Below are positions 1 through 9,569 of a stretch of 64,000 nucleotides of DNA, piece after piece; position 1 is the stretch's first letter; each line of letters begins with the position of its first letter. The stretch covers positions 640,001 to 704,000 of the forward strand of contig CAVYRH010000026.1 in NCBI GenBank assembly GCA_963770835.1. Direction: 5' to 3'. The notes beneath the pieces are model-generated. The model was not told the origin of the DNA and ran no database searches. It worked only from the letters and a program-made list of their open reading frames with translations. The DNA comes from an uncultured Pseudomonadota bacterium (GTDB lineage Bacteria > Oederibacteriota > Muellerivitia > Muellerivitales > Muellerivitaceae). A program made the position numbers and the translations under genes.

Positions 1-777
1 TTGGAATCCGAACTTTTCGGCCATGAAAGGGGCGCTTTCAGCGGGGCTGACCGCCGCAAACCGGGGCAGTTTGAATTGGCTACGGGCGGCACCCTTTTCC
101 TGGACGAAATCGGGAACCTGTCCCTCGCCTTGCAGGCCAAGCTCTTGAGGGTGCTGCAGGAGCGCCAGGTGCGGCCGGTGGGGGCGGTCAAGGCCTTCGC
201 CGTGGACGCCCGCATCATCGCCGCCACCAACACACCGCTGGAAGGGGCCGCCAAATCGGGCCACTTCCGCCAGGACCTTTATTACCGGCTGGCCGAATGC
301 ACCCTGCAACTGCCCCCCCTGCGCAACCGCCGGGAGGACATCGCCCCGCTGGCGCAAAGGTTCCGCGAGGAGGCCTGCCGAGAATTCCAAAAGCCGGTAA
401 CGGCCCTCTCGGAAAAAGCCCTGGCCCTGCTGGAGGCCCACACCTGGCCCGGAAATGTCCGGGAACTGCGCAACGTCCTGCGCCAGGGCGTATTGCTGAC
501 GCCCGATTCCACCATCCACGGGGAACAGATAAGGGCCCTGTTGGGGGCCCCGGGCAGCCTGGAGGCGCCCGGCCCGCTGGAAGTGCCCTTGCTTCCCGGC
601 ATGCCGCTGCGCAGGATCGTGGAGGGCGCCGCGGAGCAGGTTGAAAAACAAGTCATCTCGAATGTCCTGCGTTCCACCCGGGGCAACAAAAGCCAGGCGG
701 CCAAGGCCCTGGACGTGGACTACAAAACCCTCCGGCTGAAGATCAAGAAATACAGTTTGCAAGACGCCCAGGACTGA
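1..777 (+). CDS. Sigma-54-dependent transcriptional activator (NtrC/AtoC-type AAA+ plus Fis-type HTH), 5' end outside the window
   Basis: [15 protein letters not shown] (GAFTGA-like loop), GTLFLDEIG Walker [21 protein letters not shown]-terminal [17 protein letters not shown] helix-turn-helix. Confidence 0.95.
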   Translation: MESELFGHERGAFSGADRRKPGQFELATGGTLFLDEIGNLSLALQAKLLRVLQERQVRPVGAVKAFAVDARIIAATNTPLEGAAKSGHFRQDLYYRLAECTLQLPPLRNRREDIAPLAQRFREEACREFQKPVTALSEKALALLEAHTWPGNVRELRNVLRQGVLLTPDSTIHGEQIRALLGAPGSLEAPGPLEVPLLPGMPLRRIVEGAAEQVEKQVISNVLRSTRGNKSQAAKALDVDYKTLRLKIKKYSLQDAQD

Positions 778-905
778 TTTTCCCCCGATATCCTTTTTAG
801 TTTTTCCTTGAACCACCGGGCGCTGGCGCACGGGCGCTGGCGCCCGAACGCCCGAATCTTGCCCACTCTTTCCCCGCAAAACCCTTTTTTCCCGGCATCC
901 CGTCC

Positions 906-921
906 TGGCATTCCGGTTGCA
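906..921 (+). promoter_or_regulatory. Sigma-54 (-24/-12) promoter
   Basis: TGGCATTCCGGTTGCA has exact GG-N10-GC spacing with TGGCA and TTGCA flanks; lies between the activator gene and the gene at 1093. Confidence 0.75.
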
Positions 922-1092
922 ATCAAGAAAATTGTATCCCGCGAAGGGACGATTTTAAGCCCTGGGAAGGGCGCTGGGAAAAAGGACTAAGGCGGTAATT
1001 CCCACCAGCCCCCAGGGCAAACCATTTCACCCATTGTTCCCGGAAGTTATCCGCCAATTATTCCGGAACAATCCAACTTAAAGGAGCAAGAC

Positions 1093-2877
1093 ATGAAGAA
1101 TTTTTTTAAGGTGAGCGGCATGGTAGGCGGTCTATTGGCCTTATTCATCAGCGCCGTCGTGTTGATGACGGGCTGCCAGCAGGCCAGCAACCCGGTTTCC
1201 AGCACCCAATCCCAGATGGGGCCTAGCGGGCAAGCAGGAGGAGCCATGCCGACCGCGACTGCGGACACGAAATCCTCGTCCCTTTTGGGCCTCCTCGGCC
1301 CTTCCGTGAACTGCACCCAGACTTGTTCCTCGCCCTCCGCCGCCCTGGGGGCCTCGGTCACCTTTACCCTCAACGTGGCCATCTCGGGTGGCACGGCCAC
1401 GGCGTGCCAGATCACGGACGTATTGCCGGCGGGCTTAAGCTATGTCCAGGGCACGGCTACGACGCTTTCGGGCGGGACCTTCACTTGCACGGGGCAGACC
1501 CTGACCTGGGTTTATAACTCGTTGGGGCCCTGCAACTGCGTGATGACCTACGTGGCCAAGGTGGAAAACACGGCCAGCTTGGTGGGATCGATCCTGGCCA
1601 ACACGTCGGTGGTGGCCTGCTCCAACCTGCTGGTGGCCGTCTCCTCCACGGTGAACCTGCTGCTGACGGCCGCGCCGACCTGCACCTTTACGCCGGTCAT
1701 ATCCGCGCCCACCTTCACCTGCACCCCTGCGCCGCCACCGCCCACCAATACTTGCACTCCGGTGCCCCCGACGCCAACCTTCACCTGCGTGCCGCCAACG
1801 GCCACTTTCACCTTCACTTGCGTACCGCCAACGGCCACATTCACCCCAGTGCCTCCGACTTCAACTTTCACCTTTACCTCGACCAATACCTTTACGCCGG
1901 TGCCACCCACGCCCACCTTCACTTCCACCAATACCTTTACGTCAACGAACACCTTTACGCCCATTCCACCGACTAACACGCCGACCTTCACTTTCACGTC
2001 CACCAATACCTCCACGTCGACCAACAGCTTCACGCCTGTTCCGCCGACGAACACGCCTACCTTCACCTCCACGCCGGTGCCGGTCGTGATCCTCTCCAAG
2101 ACCGCCTCCGAGATCGTGGCCTTGACCGGGGACGTGGTGACTTACACCCTCCACCTCAACGTTTCGGGCAGCGCGGCCAACAACGTGAAGGTTACGGACG
2201 TCCTGCCCAGCGGTTGTGATTTCGTGCAGGGGTCCGAGTCGGACAGCCTGGGTGCGGCTTTCAGCGTCTCGGGCTCGACCCTGACCTGGATAATGTCCCA
2301 GGCCGGCCCCTGCAGCTGTTCCATGATCTACCAGGTCAAGGTGAACGGCCTGGCCGCAGTGGGGGCCGTGATGGCCAACACGGCGACCCTCGTCAGCTCC
2401 AGCCTGCCTTCGCCGGTGTCCTGCCTGTGCAACGTGACGATGGGAGCCCCGCCGGTACCCACCTCGACGCCCATCCCCATCCCGACCATCACCCTGGGCC
2501 AGGTTTGTTCCCCGGCATCAGCGGCCCTGGGCGCGGCGGTGACCTATACCCTCAACCTGGGCGTCACGGGGTGCAGCTGTTCGGCCAACAACGTGACTAT
2601 CCAGGACGTTTTGCCCGCCGGATTGACTTACGTGCAGGGAACGGCCACGACCCTGGCGGGCGGGACTTTCAGCGCCTCGGGGCAGACGCTCAGCTGGGTT
2701 TACAACTCGGTGGGGCCCTGCAGCTGCACCATGACCTATGTGGCACAGGTGGACAACAGCCTCACCGGCCTGATCGGGGAGACACTGGGGAACACCGCGG
2801 TCCTGAGTTGCCCCAGCCTGTCTTCGTCCCTGTCAGCCTTGGCCAATTTGCAGGTGACGGGGTTGCTGGGATTGTAA
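1093..2877 (+). CDS. Cys-rich lipoprotein with three DUF11-like domains and a Thr/Pro-rich linker
   Basis: AAGGAG RBS; lipobox-like VLMTG-C; repeated VT(Y/F)TL..V....V.V.DVLP.GL.YV.G motifs; PTxTFT repeats. Confidence 0.85.
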   Translation: MKNFFKVSGMVGGLLALFISAVVLMTGCQQASNPVSSTQSQMGPSGQAGGAMPTATADTKSSSLLGLLGPSVNCTQTCSSPSAALGASVTFTLNVAISGGTATACQITDVLPAGLSYVQGTATTLSGGTFTCTGQTLTWVYNSLGPCNCVMTYVAKVENTASLVGSILANTSVVACSNLLVAVSSTVNLLLTAAPTCTFTPVISAPTFTCTPAPPPPTNTCTPVPPTPTFTCVPPTATFTFTCVPPTATFTPVPPTSTFTFTSTNTFTPVPPTPTFTSTNTFTSTNTFTPIPPTNTPTFTFTSTNTSTSTNSFTPVPPTNTPTFTSTPVPVVILSKTASEIVALTGDVVTYTLHLNVSGSAANNVKVTDVLPSGCDFVQGSESDSLGAAFSVSGSTLTWIMSQAGPCSCSMIYQVKVNGLAAVGAVMANTATLVSSSLPSPVSCLCNVTMGAPPVPTSTPIPIPTITLGQVCSPASAALGAAVTYTLNLGVTGCSCSANNVTIQDVLPAGLTYVQGTATTLAGGTFSASGQTLSWVYNSVGPCSCTMTYVAQVDNSLTGLIGETLGNTAVLSCPSLSSSLSALANLQVTGLLGL

Positions 2878-2925
2878 ATTTAAAAAACCGGCCTTTGGGC
2901 CGCCACCCCTATATGGGGGATGATG

Positions 2926-2959
2926 AAGCCGGACCCCTTTGGGGGTCCGGCTTTTTTTT
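2926..2959 (+). terminator. Rho-independent terminator
   Basis: AAGCCGGACCCC / GGGGTCCGGCTT stem followed by a T run. Confidence 0.85.
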
Positions 2960-3152
2960 GACGGGGCCGGTTTTCGACGCATTTCGGAGCTGGGTTCTTT
3001 CGAGAGCGGCGGTCCCGGGGGTGGGTTAGGTCCATGGGAGCGCCAAGTATAATAATTTTCCAGTTGATTCGTTCCGCCACAAGGCTGTAGACAGGATGAA
3101 ATCCATTCCAGCGACCGGTTCAAAACCGCGTCCTGATTCGTAAGGGGAACCC

Positions 3153-4424
3153 CTGAGTCCTGAAAATTCCTTAGAAACACTCGAGCAATCCGAGGCCAAT
3201 GGCGCGGGGCTGCCCCCTTCCACGGGCTGGCACCGGACTTTTTCCGCCTTACGCAATCCCAATTACCGGTATTTTTACATCGGACAAAGTGTTTCGCTGA
3301 TCGGAACCTGGACCCGCACCGCCGCTCTCGGCTGGGTTGCCTTCCAATTCAGCCATTCAGAATTCCTTTTGGGTCTGGTTTTCATGCTCAACTCGCTTCC
3401 CTTGTTCCTTTTCGCCATTTACGCCGGGTCCCTGGCTGACCGGATCCCGAAAATCAGGATTTTCACATGGACGAGCTGGTTTTCGATGCTGTCGTCCATG
3501 GGCCTGGCTTTCCTGTTGTTCCACGGGCCGGTTCACATCGGGGTGCTCATGGTCTTCGCCTTGCTTTGGGGGTTGTCCACCACCTTTGAGATGCCCTCCC
3601 GGCAGAGCCTCATGGTGGAACTGGTGGGAAAAAAGGACCTGGTGAACGGCATCGCGCTCAACAGCGCCATGGTGAATTCAACCCGGGTAATCGGCCCCGC
3701 CATCGGGGGACTTTTGTTGGCTTCCGTCGGGGCGGGCTGGTGCTTTCTCCTGGATGCCCTGAGTTATTTCGCGGTCCTTTACGCAATCCATAAAATCCGG
3801 CTTCCGGAATCGCATTACGCCCCCAAAAAGGTGAAAGCCGACTTGAAATACACTTTGGAAGGTTTCAAGTATTTAAAAACAAATCCCACCCTCGCCCAAG
3901 CGGTCGTCCTGCTTTTTGTCATGGGGCTGGGGGGCTGGGCCTATCAATCCCAGCTCTCCGCCTTCGTGGTCACCCGATTGCACATGGACGCCCAAGGCTA
4001 CGGCTGGCTCCTGGCCTTGAACGGCCTGGGCGCCTGCACCGCCGCCCTCTTCGTGGCCACCCAGGGGGTCCGCATTGTGCGCGCCAAAACGCTTTATATA
4101 GGCGGGGGGATTTACGGGGTTTCCATCATTCTTTTCGGCCTCATGCGTCAACCGGTGGGCGCGGCCTTCCTGCTTTTCTTCGCCGGGTTCGGCATCATTT
4201 TGTTTTTTTCCATCGGGAACAGCCTCATCCAAACCCAATCCCCGGACCACCTGAGGGGAAGGCTGATGGGCATTTGGGCCCTGGTCTTCGGGGGCGGCAT
4301 GCCGGCCGGCAGTTTCTGGATGGGCTTTTTGGCCTCCCATACTTCCTCGGGTTTTTCACTGCAAATGGGCGGGCTTTTTTGCCTGGTGGGCGCCCTGGCG
4401 GTTCACCAGTTTTTCAAAAAATAA
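3153..4424 (+). CDS. MFS transporter (MFS_3-like); start placed at CTG 3153
   Basis: About 12 hydrophobic segments; GSLADR motif A; LRGRLMG; family-typical N-terminus TFSALRNPNYRYFYIGQSVSLIGTW lies in frame upstream of the track start at 3369. Confidence 0.85.
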   Translation: MSPENSLETLEQSEANGAGLPPSTGWHRTFSALRNPNYRYFYIGQSVSLIGTWTRTAALGWVAFQFSHSEFLLGLVFMLNSLPLFLFAIYAGSLADRIPKIRIFTWTSWFSMLSSMGLAFLLFHGPVHIGVLMVFALLWGLSTTFEMPSRQSLMVELVGKKDLVNGIALNSAMVNSTRVIGPAIGGLLLASVGAGWCFLLDALSYFAVLYAIHKIRLPESHYAPKKVKADLKYTLEGFKYLKTNPTLAQAVVLLFVMGLGGWAYQSQLSAFVVTRLHMDAQGYGWLLALNGLGACTAALFVATQGVRIVRAKTLYIGGGIYGVSIILFGLMRQPVGAAFLLFFAGFGIILFFSIGNSLIQTQSPDHLRGRLMGIWALVFGGGMPAGSFWMGFLASHTSSGFSLQMGGLFCLVGALAVHQFFKK

Positions 4425-4476
4425 CATCACCCCGCCGGATTTGTTTTGCCTGGAAATCCCGCGTTTAGGTGAAACA

Positions 4477-4513
4477 AAAAGAACCCGACTTGGGAAGCAA
4501 GCCGGGTTCTTTT
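4477..4513. terminator. Bidirectional intrinsic terminator between convergent genes
   Basis: AAAAGAACCCGACTTG / CAAGCCGGGTTCTTTT inverted repeat with A and T tails. Confidence 0.75.
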
Positions 4514-4551
4514 GCTTTTTATGCGAACCGTTTTAACGGCTCAAGGCAAAA

Positions 4552-5163
4552 TTAGTTTTGAGTGGTTGGAGCCGCGGGGGTGGATTCCACGGGAGTGGAA
4601 TCGGCCGCAGGAGCGGCGGCCGGCTTTTTCGACCCGCCGTCGATGATGATGACCTTCGACATCTTATCCCCGACTTGGATTTCCTCCACGTAATCCATCC
4701 CTTTCACTACCTGGCCGAATACGGCGTACTTGCCGTCCAAGGCCGGTTGGGCGTCCAGGCAGATGTAGAACTGGCTTCCCGCCGAATCGGGCTCGTTCGT
4801 GCGGGCCATGGCCACCGCGCCCTTCACGTGCGTCTGGGGGTTATTCACGCCGTTTTCCGAAAACTCGCCCTTGATGGTGTAGCCGGGGCCTCCGCTTCCG
4901 TCACCGTTCGGATCCCCTCCCTGCGCCACAAAACCCGGAACCACGCGGTGGAAGGCAAGACCGTTATAGAAGCCTTTTTTCGCCAGCTTGATGAAATTGG
5001 CCACGCTTAAGGGGGCGTCCTGGGGATAAAACTTAATAATAATCTCCCCGCCCTTGGCCAGCTTGATGATAGCGCGGGTATTGCTGTCGGCGTCCTTCGC
5101 CCAAAGCCTGGAACCCGCCAGGCAAAATATCAGCAACATCCCGAAGATCAACGCTCGTTTCAT
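4552..5163 (-). CDS. Exported cyclophilin-type peptidyl-prolyl cis-trans isomerase
   Basis: FYNGLAFHRVVPGFVAQGGDP, AMAR, SAGSQFYI, LDGKYAVFGQV; N-terminal signal peptide. Confidence 0.95.
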   Translation of the reverse strand: MKRALIFGMLLIFCLAGSRLWAKDADSNTRAIIKLAKGGEIIIKFYPQDAPLSVANFIKLAKKGFYNGLAFHRVVPGFVAQGGDPNGDGSGGPGYTIKGEFSENGVNNPQTHVKGAVAMARTNEPDSAGSQFYICLDAQPALDGKYAVFGQVVKGMDYVEEIQVGDKMSKVIIIDGGSKKPAAAPAADSTPVESTPAAPTTQN

Positions 5164-5306
5164 GGTGCCTCTCCTTGAGAATGGTTAAAAACCCGCCGAA
5201 TTCAACCAAGGCAAGATAAATCCTAGCCGGATTTTCGGCAAGACCTTCCTGGCAAAAGCCGGGGCTTTGTCTTTACCGGGAACCACCGCCCTTTGTTTCC
5301 ACGCCC

Positions 5307-5852
5307 TCAAGACCCTGTTTGGGCTCGGGCCTCCTGGAGGTCTTTGGCGAGGGCCTCATAAGACCAATAACCCTCGTAGCGGAATCCGTTGATGAAATAG
5401 GCCGGGGTGGTGCTGACCTTGCTCTCCACGGCACCCCGGAAATCCCCCATAATCCTTTCCACCACGCCCGGGCTGTTCATGTCCCCCACGAAAACCGCAT
5501 CTTCCAGTCCCAATTGGCGGGCATAGCCCCGGAGGCTTTCCAGGTCCAGCTTTTCCTGGTTCATATAAAGAAGGTCGTGCATCTCCCAGAATTTTCCCCC
5601 CAGGGCCGCGGCCTCGGCCGCCTTGGCGGCGTTCCATGCGTCTGGATGGACCTCGGAGTTGGGGAAATTGCGGTGGACGAAACGTAATTCCCCGCCGAAT
5701 TCCACCTGGATCTTCTTCACCGAATCGAAGGCTAGCCGGCAATAAGAACATTGAAAGTCACCGTATTGCAAAAGGGTAAGGGCGGCCCCCTCCCCGCCAT
5801 GGGAGTGGTCCGATTCGGAGACCGGGATTTTTAAAGGGACGGCCGTTATCAT
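5307..5852 (-). CDS. DsbA-family thiol-disulfide oxidoreductase (no signal peptide)
   Basis: YGDFQCSYC active site, FVHRNFP, KFWEMHDLLY, cis-Pro loop TPAYFING. Confidence 0.9.
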   Translation of the reverse strand: MITAVPLKIPVSESDHSHGGEGAALTLLQYGDFQCSYCRLAFDSVKKIQVEFGGELRFVHRNFPNSEVHPDAWNAAKAAEAAALGGKFWEMHDLLYMNQEKLDLESLRGYARQLGLEDAVFVGDMNSPGVVERIMGDFRGAVESKVSTTPAYFINGFRYEGYWSYEALAKDLQEARAQTGS

Positions 5853-5934
5853 TTTGGAATTTTACCGGGTGTTTGTTTAAAAACCAATCATCTATTCCTC
5901 ATCTTGATCTTGCTTTTCCGGACAACGCTTCGGC

Positions 5935-6393
5935 ATGCTACCGCAAGCCGTTCCTATCACCGCCCCAACGGAGGCCCCCTTGAAGACCGAATATACCGCC
6001 GTCGCGACAGCCCATGGAGGCCGCTCCGGCCACGTCCACTCCCTGGACGGGATATTGGATTTGGACTTAAAAAGGCCGAAGGAAATGGGAGGGCCCGGCG
6101 GGGGTTCCAATCCCGAACAGCTTTTCGCGGCAGGCTACGCCGCCTGCTTCGAGAGCGCCTTCCGCAGCATCGGGGCCAAGCAAATGAAACACCTCCGGGA
6201 CGCGGATATGATGGCTAAGGTCAGCTTCAACACCGATGAGGCGGGGGGCCATTTCCTGTCGGTGGAGATGCACGGCAAGGCGGAGGGCCTGTCGAAGGAA
6301 GAAACGATGGAATTGATGAACGCCGCCCACCAGATCTGCCCCTACTCCAAGGCCACGAGGGGGAACATCGAAGTGAAGCTTTTCGCCGATTAA
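5935..6393 (+). CDS. ohr: Organic hydroperoxide resistance protein (Ohr/OsmC family)
   Basis: NPEQLFAAGYAACF and AHQICPYSKATRGN signature motifs. Confidence 0.95.
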   Translation: MLPQAVPITAPTEAPLKTEYTAVATAHGGRSGHVHSLDGILDLDLKRPKEMGGPGGGSNPEQLFAAGYAACFESAFRSIGAKQMKHLRDADMMAKVSFNTDEAGGHFLSVEMHGKAEGLSKEETMELMNAAHQICPYSKATRGNIEVKLFAD

Positions 6394-6423
6394 CCCAAAA
6401 AACCAAAAGCAAAGGCAATTTGA

Positions 6424-6536
6424 ACCACCAAGGCACCAAGGGCACCAAGAACTAACAAAGACAAAGGAACTATAAAACGATTTTGAAAAAAGTTATTTTG
6501 TTTGGCCTTCCGTGGTGCCCTTGGTGCCTTGGTGGT
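6424..6536. repeat. Intergenic REP-like inverted repeat with 24-bp perfect arms and an AT-rich spacer
   Basis: ACCACCAAGGCACCAAGGGCACCA (6424-6447) and its exact reverse complement (6513-6536). Confidence 0.85.
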
Positions 6537-6572
6537 GAAAATGAGATTTTACGTTGTTGAAGGAGGTATGCC

Positions 6573-6767
6573 ATGACCATCAAGCCGTTGCCCGCCAAAT
6601 CTGGATTGCCCCCCGAATACCGCTATGATGCCAACAACGGCCAGACCGAAATCCTCTGGAAATGCCTGCGTTGCGGGGAATTGATGCCGCGCGGCTTAGT
6701 GGTTCCGGATATTTGCCCCTCTTGTGGGGCCCCCAAAACCGAATTCGTCCTGCTAGGGGAGGATTAA
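6573..6767 (+). CDS. Rubredoxin-like small protein
   Basis: WKCLRCG ... PDICPSCGAPKTEF (two CxxC); strong AAGGAGGT RBS. Confidence 0.8.
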   Translation: MTIKPLPAKSGLPPEYRYDANNGQTEILWKCLRCGELMPRGLVVPDICPSCGAPKTEFVLLGED

Positions 6768-6844
6768 CCACGGACATGAATTTCCGGCGGGAAGAATCCG
6801 TATCGATAGGTCAATAACCGTTTAAAGCCGAAAGGGGCGAAAAT

Positions 6845-7996
6845 TTGGAATATACCTACCAGTACCTCATCTTAGGCGGCGGCTTGGCTGGTGCCCACGC
6901 CATTGAAGGTATCCGGCAACAGGACCCACAGGGGACTATCGGCTTGTTGAGCGCGGAAGACCGCCTTCCCTATATGCGCCCGGACCTGTCCAAACACCTG
7001 CTTTGGGGCAAGAAGACTTTGGACCAGATCCCCGTTTTTCCGGAGGATTACTACAAAAAACAAAAAGCCACCTTTCATTCGACCACCAAAGCCACACGTA
7101 TCGACACCGAAGGATCCTTTGTCCTGGACGAAGACGGCAACCGCTACGCCTATTCCAAACTTCTCATCGCCACCGGGGGTCGCCCCCGGGAAATTCCAGG
7201 GGCGGGGAAGGCGGTCCATTACTACCGGACCGTCGAGGACTACCTGGAACTGACCCAGGCCCTCACCAAAACCGAGGATTTTCTCATCATAGGGGGCGGT
7301 TTCATCGGCGCCGAACTGGCGGCGGGAATCGTCCACTACGGCAAGAAAGTTTCCATCCTGATGCGGGGGGACAAGCTCCTCTCCAATATTTTTCCCGCCG
7401 ATCTGTCCGCCTTCGTGACGGATTTCTACCGGCAAAAGGGGGTCACCCTGATCACAAGGGATGAGCCCGCTGGTTTCGACCAGAAGGGCGACCGGGTGAC
7501 GGTCAAGACCGCATCGGGAAAATCCTACGAGGCGGGCTGGGTTATTGCCGGGATCGGGTTGGAACTGGAAAGCCAATTGGCCCAATCCGCGGGGCTCAAA
7601 ACCGGCAACGGCGTCATCGTGGATGAGTTCCTCCAAACTTCCAAGCCGGGAATCTTCGCGGCGGGCGATTTGGCCAATTTCCCCTCCCGTATCCTTGGAG
7701 CGGGCCAGCGGGTGGAGCACCGGGACAACTCGGAAGCCCAGGGAAAATGCGCCGGCGCCAACATGGCGGGGGCCCGGAAGCCCTACGACTACCTGCCTTT
7801 TTTCTATTCGGACTTGTTTGAACTGGGGTTCGAGGCGGTGGGAAAATTGGATTCCCGAATGGAAACCCACGCCGCCTGGGATGAACCCCTCCGTAAGGGA
7901 GTTGTGTCCTACCAGGAGGGGGGGCGGCTCAAAGGAATGCTGCTTTGGAACAAGTGGGACCGGGTGGAGTGGGCACGGGGAATGATTAGCCGTTAA
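6845..7996 (+). CDS. FAD-dependent NAD(P)H oxidoreductase (ferredoxin/rubredoxin reductase family)
   Basis: GGGLAG, YMRPDLSK, LIATG, IIGGGFIGAE, TSKPGIFAAGD, PFFYSDLF. Confidence 0.9.
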   Translation: MEYTYQYLILGGGLAGAHAIEGIRQQDPQGTIGLLSAEDRLPYMRPDLSKHLLWGKKTLDQIPVFPEDYYKKQKATFHSTTKATRIDTEGSFVLDEDGNRYAYSKLLIATGGRPREIPGAGKAVHYYRTVEDYLELTQALTKTEDFLIIGGGFIGAELAAGIVHYGKKVSILMRGDKLLSNIFPADLSAFVTDFYRQKGVTLITRDEPAGFDQKGDRVTVKTASGKSYEAGWVIAGIGLELESQLAQSAGLKTGNGVIVDEFLQTSKPGIFAAGDLANFPSRILGAGQRVEHRDNSEAQGKCAGANMAGARKPYDYLPFFYSDLFELGFEAVGKLDSRMETHAAWDEPLRKGVVSYQEGGRLKGMLLWNKWDRVEWARGMISR

Positions 7997-8011
7997 ACCA
8001 AGGAGGATGAA

Positions 8012-8488
8012 ATGGCCATATTAAAAGAAGGAACCCAAGCGCCGGATTTTACCCTGCCTTCCACCCCGGACCAAAAGGTCTCGCTATCGGAATTCCGGGG
8101 CAAAAACGTCATCCTCGTTTTTTATCCCGCCGACTGGAGCCCGGTCTGCGGGGACCAATTGGCCCTTTATAACGAAGTCCTGCCCATGTTCCAGAAGCAT
8201 AACGCCCAGGTGATCGGCCTTTCAGTGGACGGCATCTGGTGCCACTTGGCCTTCACGAAGGAACGGAAGTACCGCTTTCCCCTGCTGACCGATTTCGAGC
8301 CCAAGGGTGCGGTGGCTAAGCTCTACGGGGCCTACCGGGAGAAGGAAGGCACCAGCGAAAGGGCGCTTTTCGTCCTGGATAGGGAAGGGATCATCCGTTG
8401 GAGTTATTTATCGCCGGTGGGGGTCAACCCGGGCGCGGACGGGATCCTGGACGCGCTGGAAGCCCTTTCGGAAAAGGAGAAAGTATGA
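8012..8488 (+). CDS. Peroxiredoxin (AhpC/TSA, AhpE-like)
   Basis: APDFTL, FYPADWSPVC peroxidatic motif, ERALFVLD. Confidence 0.92.
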   Translation: MAILKEGTQAPDFTLPSTPDQKVSLSEFRGKNVILVFYPADWSPVCGDQLALYNEVLPMFQKHNAQVIGLSVDGIWCHLAFTKERKYRFPLLTDFEPKGAVAKLYGAYREKEGTSERALFVLDREGIIRWSYLSPVGVNPGADGILDALEALSEKEKV

Positions 8489-9036
8489 GCACCGCCGCCA
8501 AATTGAAGATCCCGGTTTCCAAGGAAGACCATTCCCAGGGCCCGGAGAATGCCCCCCTGGTGCTGGTGGAATACGGGGATTACCAATGCCCCCATTGCGG
8601 AAGGGCCTTTCCCATCGTCAAGCGCCTCCAAAAGGCCCTGCACGACAAGATGAAATTCGTTTTCCGCAATTTCCCCCTTTCCGAAATGCACCCCGACGCC
8701 TTGAACGCGGCCAAGGTGGCCGAGGGGGCGGCCCTGCAGGGAAAATTCTGGGAAATGCACGACATGCTTTACGAGAACCAGGGGGCCCTGGACGTGGGTA
8801 GCCTGGAGCAATACTCGGCAAAACTGGGGCTGAACGCGGAGGCCCTTGAGAAGGCCTTGGGGGAATCGGGCGTGGAAGACCGGGTCGCTCGGGACTTCGA
8901 GGGCGGGGTGCGCAGCGGTGTCAACGGCACGCCGACCTTTTTCGTGAACGGCGCCCGCTACGACGGCGACTGGTCCTATGGCCCCTTTTTGAAAGCCCTC
9001 GAGGCGGTTTTAGGACATGAGGAAGCGGACGATTAA
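8485..9036 (+). CDS. DsbA-family oxidoreductase (no signal peptide)
   Basis: EYGDYQCPHC, FRNFPL, GVNGTPTFFVNG; ATGA overlap with the upstream gene and AAGGAG RBS fix the start at 8485. Confidence 0.92.
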   Translation: MSTAAKLKIPVSKEDHSQGPENAPLVLVEYGDYQCPHCGRAFPIVKRLQKALHDKMKFVFRNFPLSEMHPDALNAAKVAEGAALQGKFWEMHDMLYENQGALDVGSLEQYSAKLGLNAEALEKALGESGVEDRVARDFEGGVRSGVNGTPTFFVNGARYDGDWSYGPFLKALEAVLGHEEADD

Positions 9037-9048
9037 AAAGGGGAAACG

Positions 9049-9384
9049 ATGGCGATCACCAAAGAAGACATCCTGGAGAAAATGAAAGAAAAGGACGTGG
9101 TGGTCCTGAATGTCCTGCCTAAAGAGGACTATGAGAAGCTCCACATCAAGGGCTCGGACAGCTTCTCTATCATTCACATGAGGCCGGAAAATTTCGCAAA
9201 AGCGGTTGAGGCGAAATACGGCAAGGATAAGTTTTTCATCACCTATTGTTCCGGTTTTCCCTGCCAGCACTTCATGGAAGCCGCGGATGCCCTGACGAAG
9301 ACTGGGTTGAAGGCGGAAGGCTACGCCGGGGGCATCCAGGAATGGGCCGAGTCGGGTTTGCCGGTGGAAGGAAACCAGACTTAA
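9049..9384 (+). CDS. Rhodanese-like domain protein
   Basis: VLNVL...Y..LHIKGS, TYCSGFPC loop, YAGGIQEW. Confidence 0.85.
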   Translation: MAITKEDILEKMKEKDVVVLNVLPKEDYEKLHIKGSDSFSIIHMRPENFAKAVEAKYGKDKFFITYCSGFPCQHFMEAADALTKTGLKAEGYAGGIQEWAESGLPVEGNQT

Positions 9385-9569
9385 ACCCGCCTATGGGGTG
9401 GATTAACCGTTAATTGAATTTTAGGACCGGTTTTTAACCTTTCTTATTTTTGTGGAACCCGCCTTTCATTCTCCGATGGAAAAAAGCCGAGATTTTTTAC
9501 ATCGGGTTAACCCTCCCATCCCTATTTTCCTGGTTTCGGATTGCCGCGCATGCGATTATTGGGGGCACC

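Noticed and set aside
5935..9384. Selenocysteine readthrough in the redox genes
   Set aside because: All active-site positions are ordinary Cys codons and no TGA interrupts a motif.
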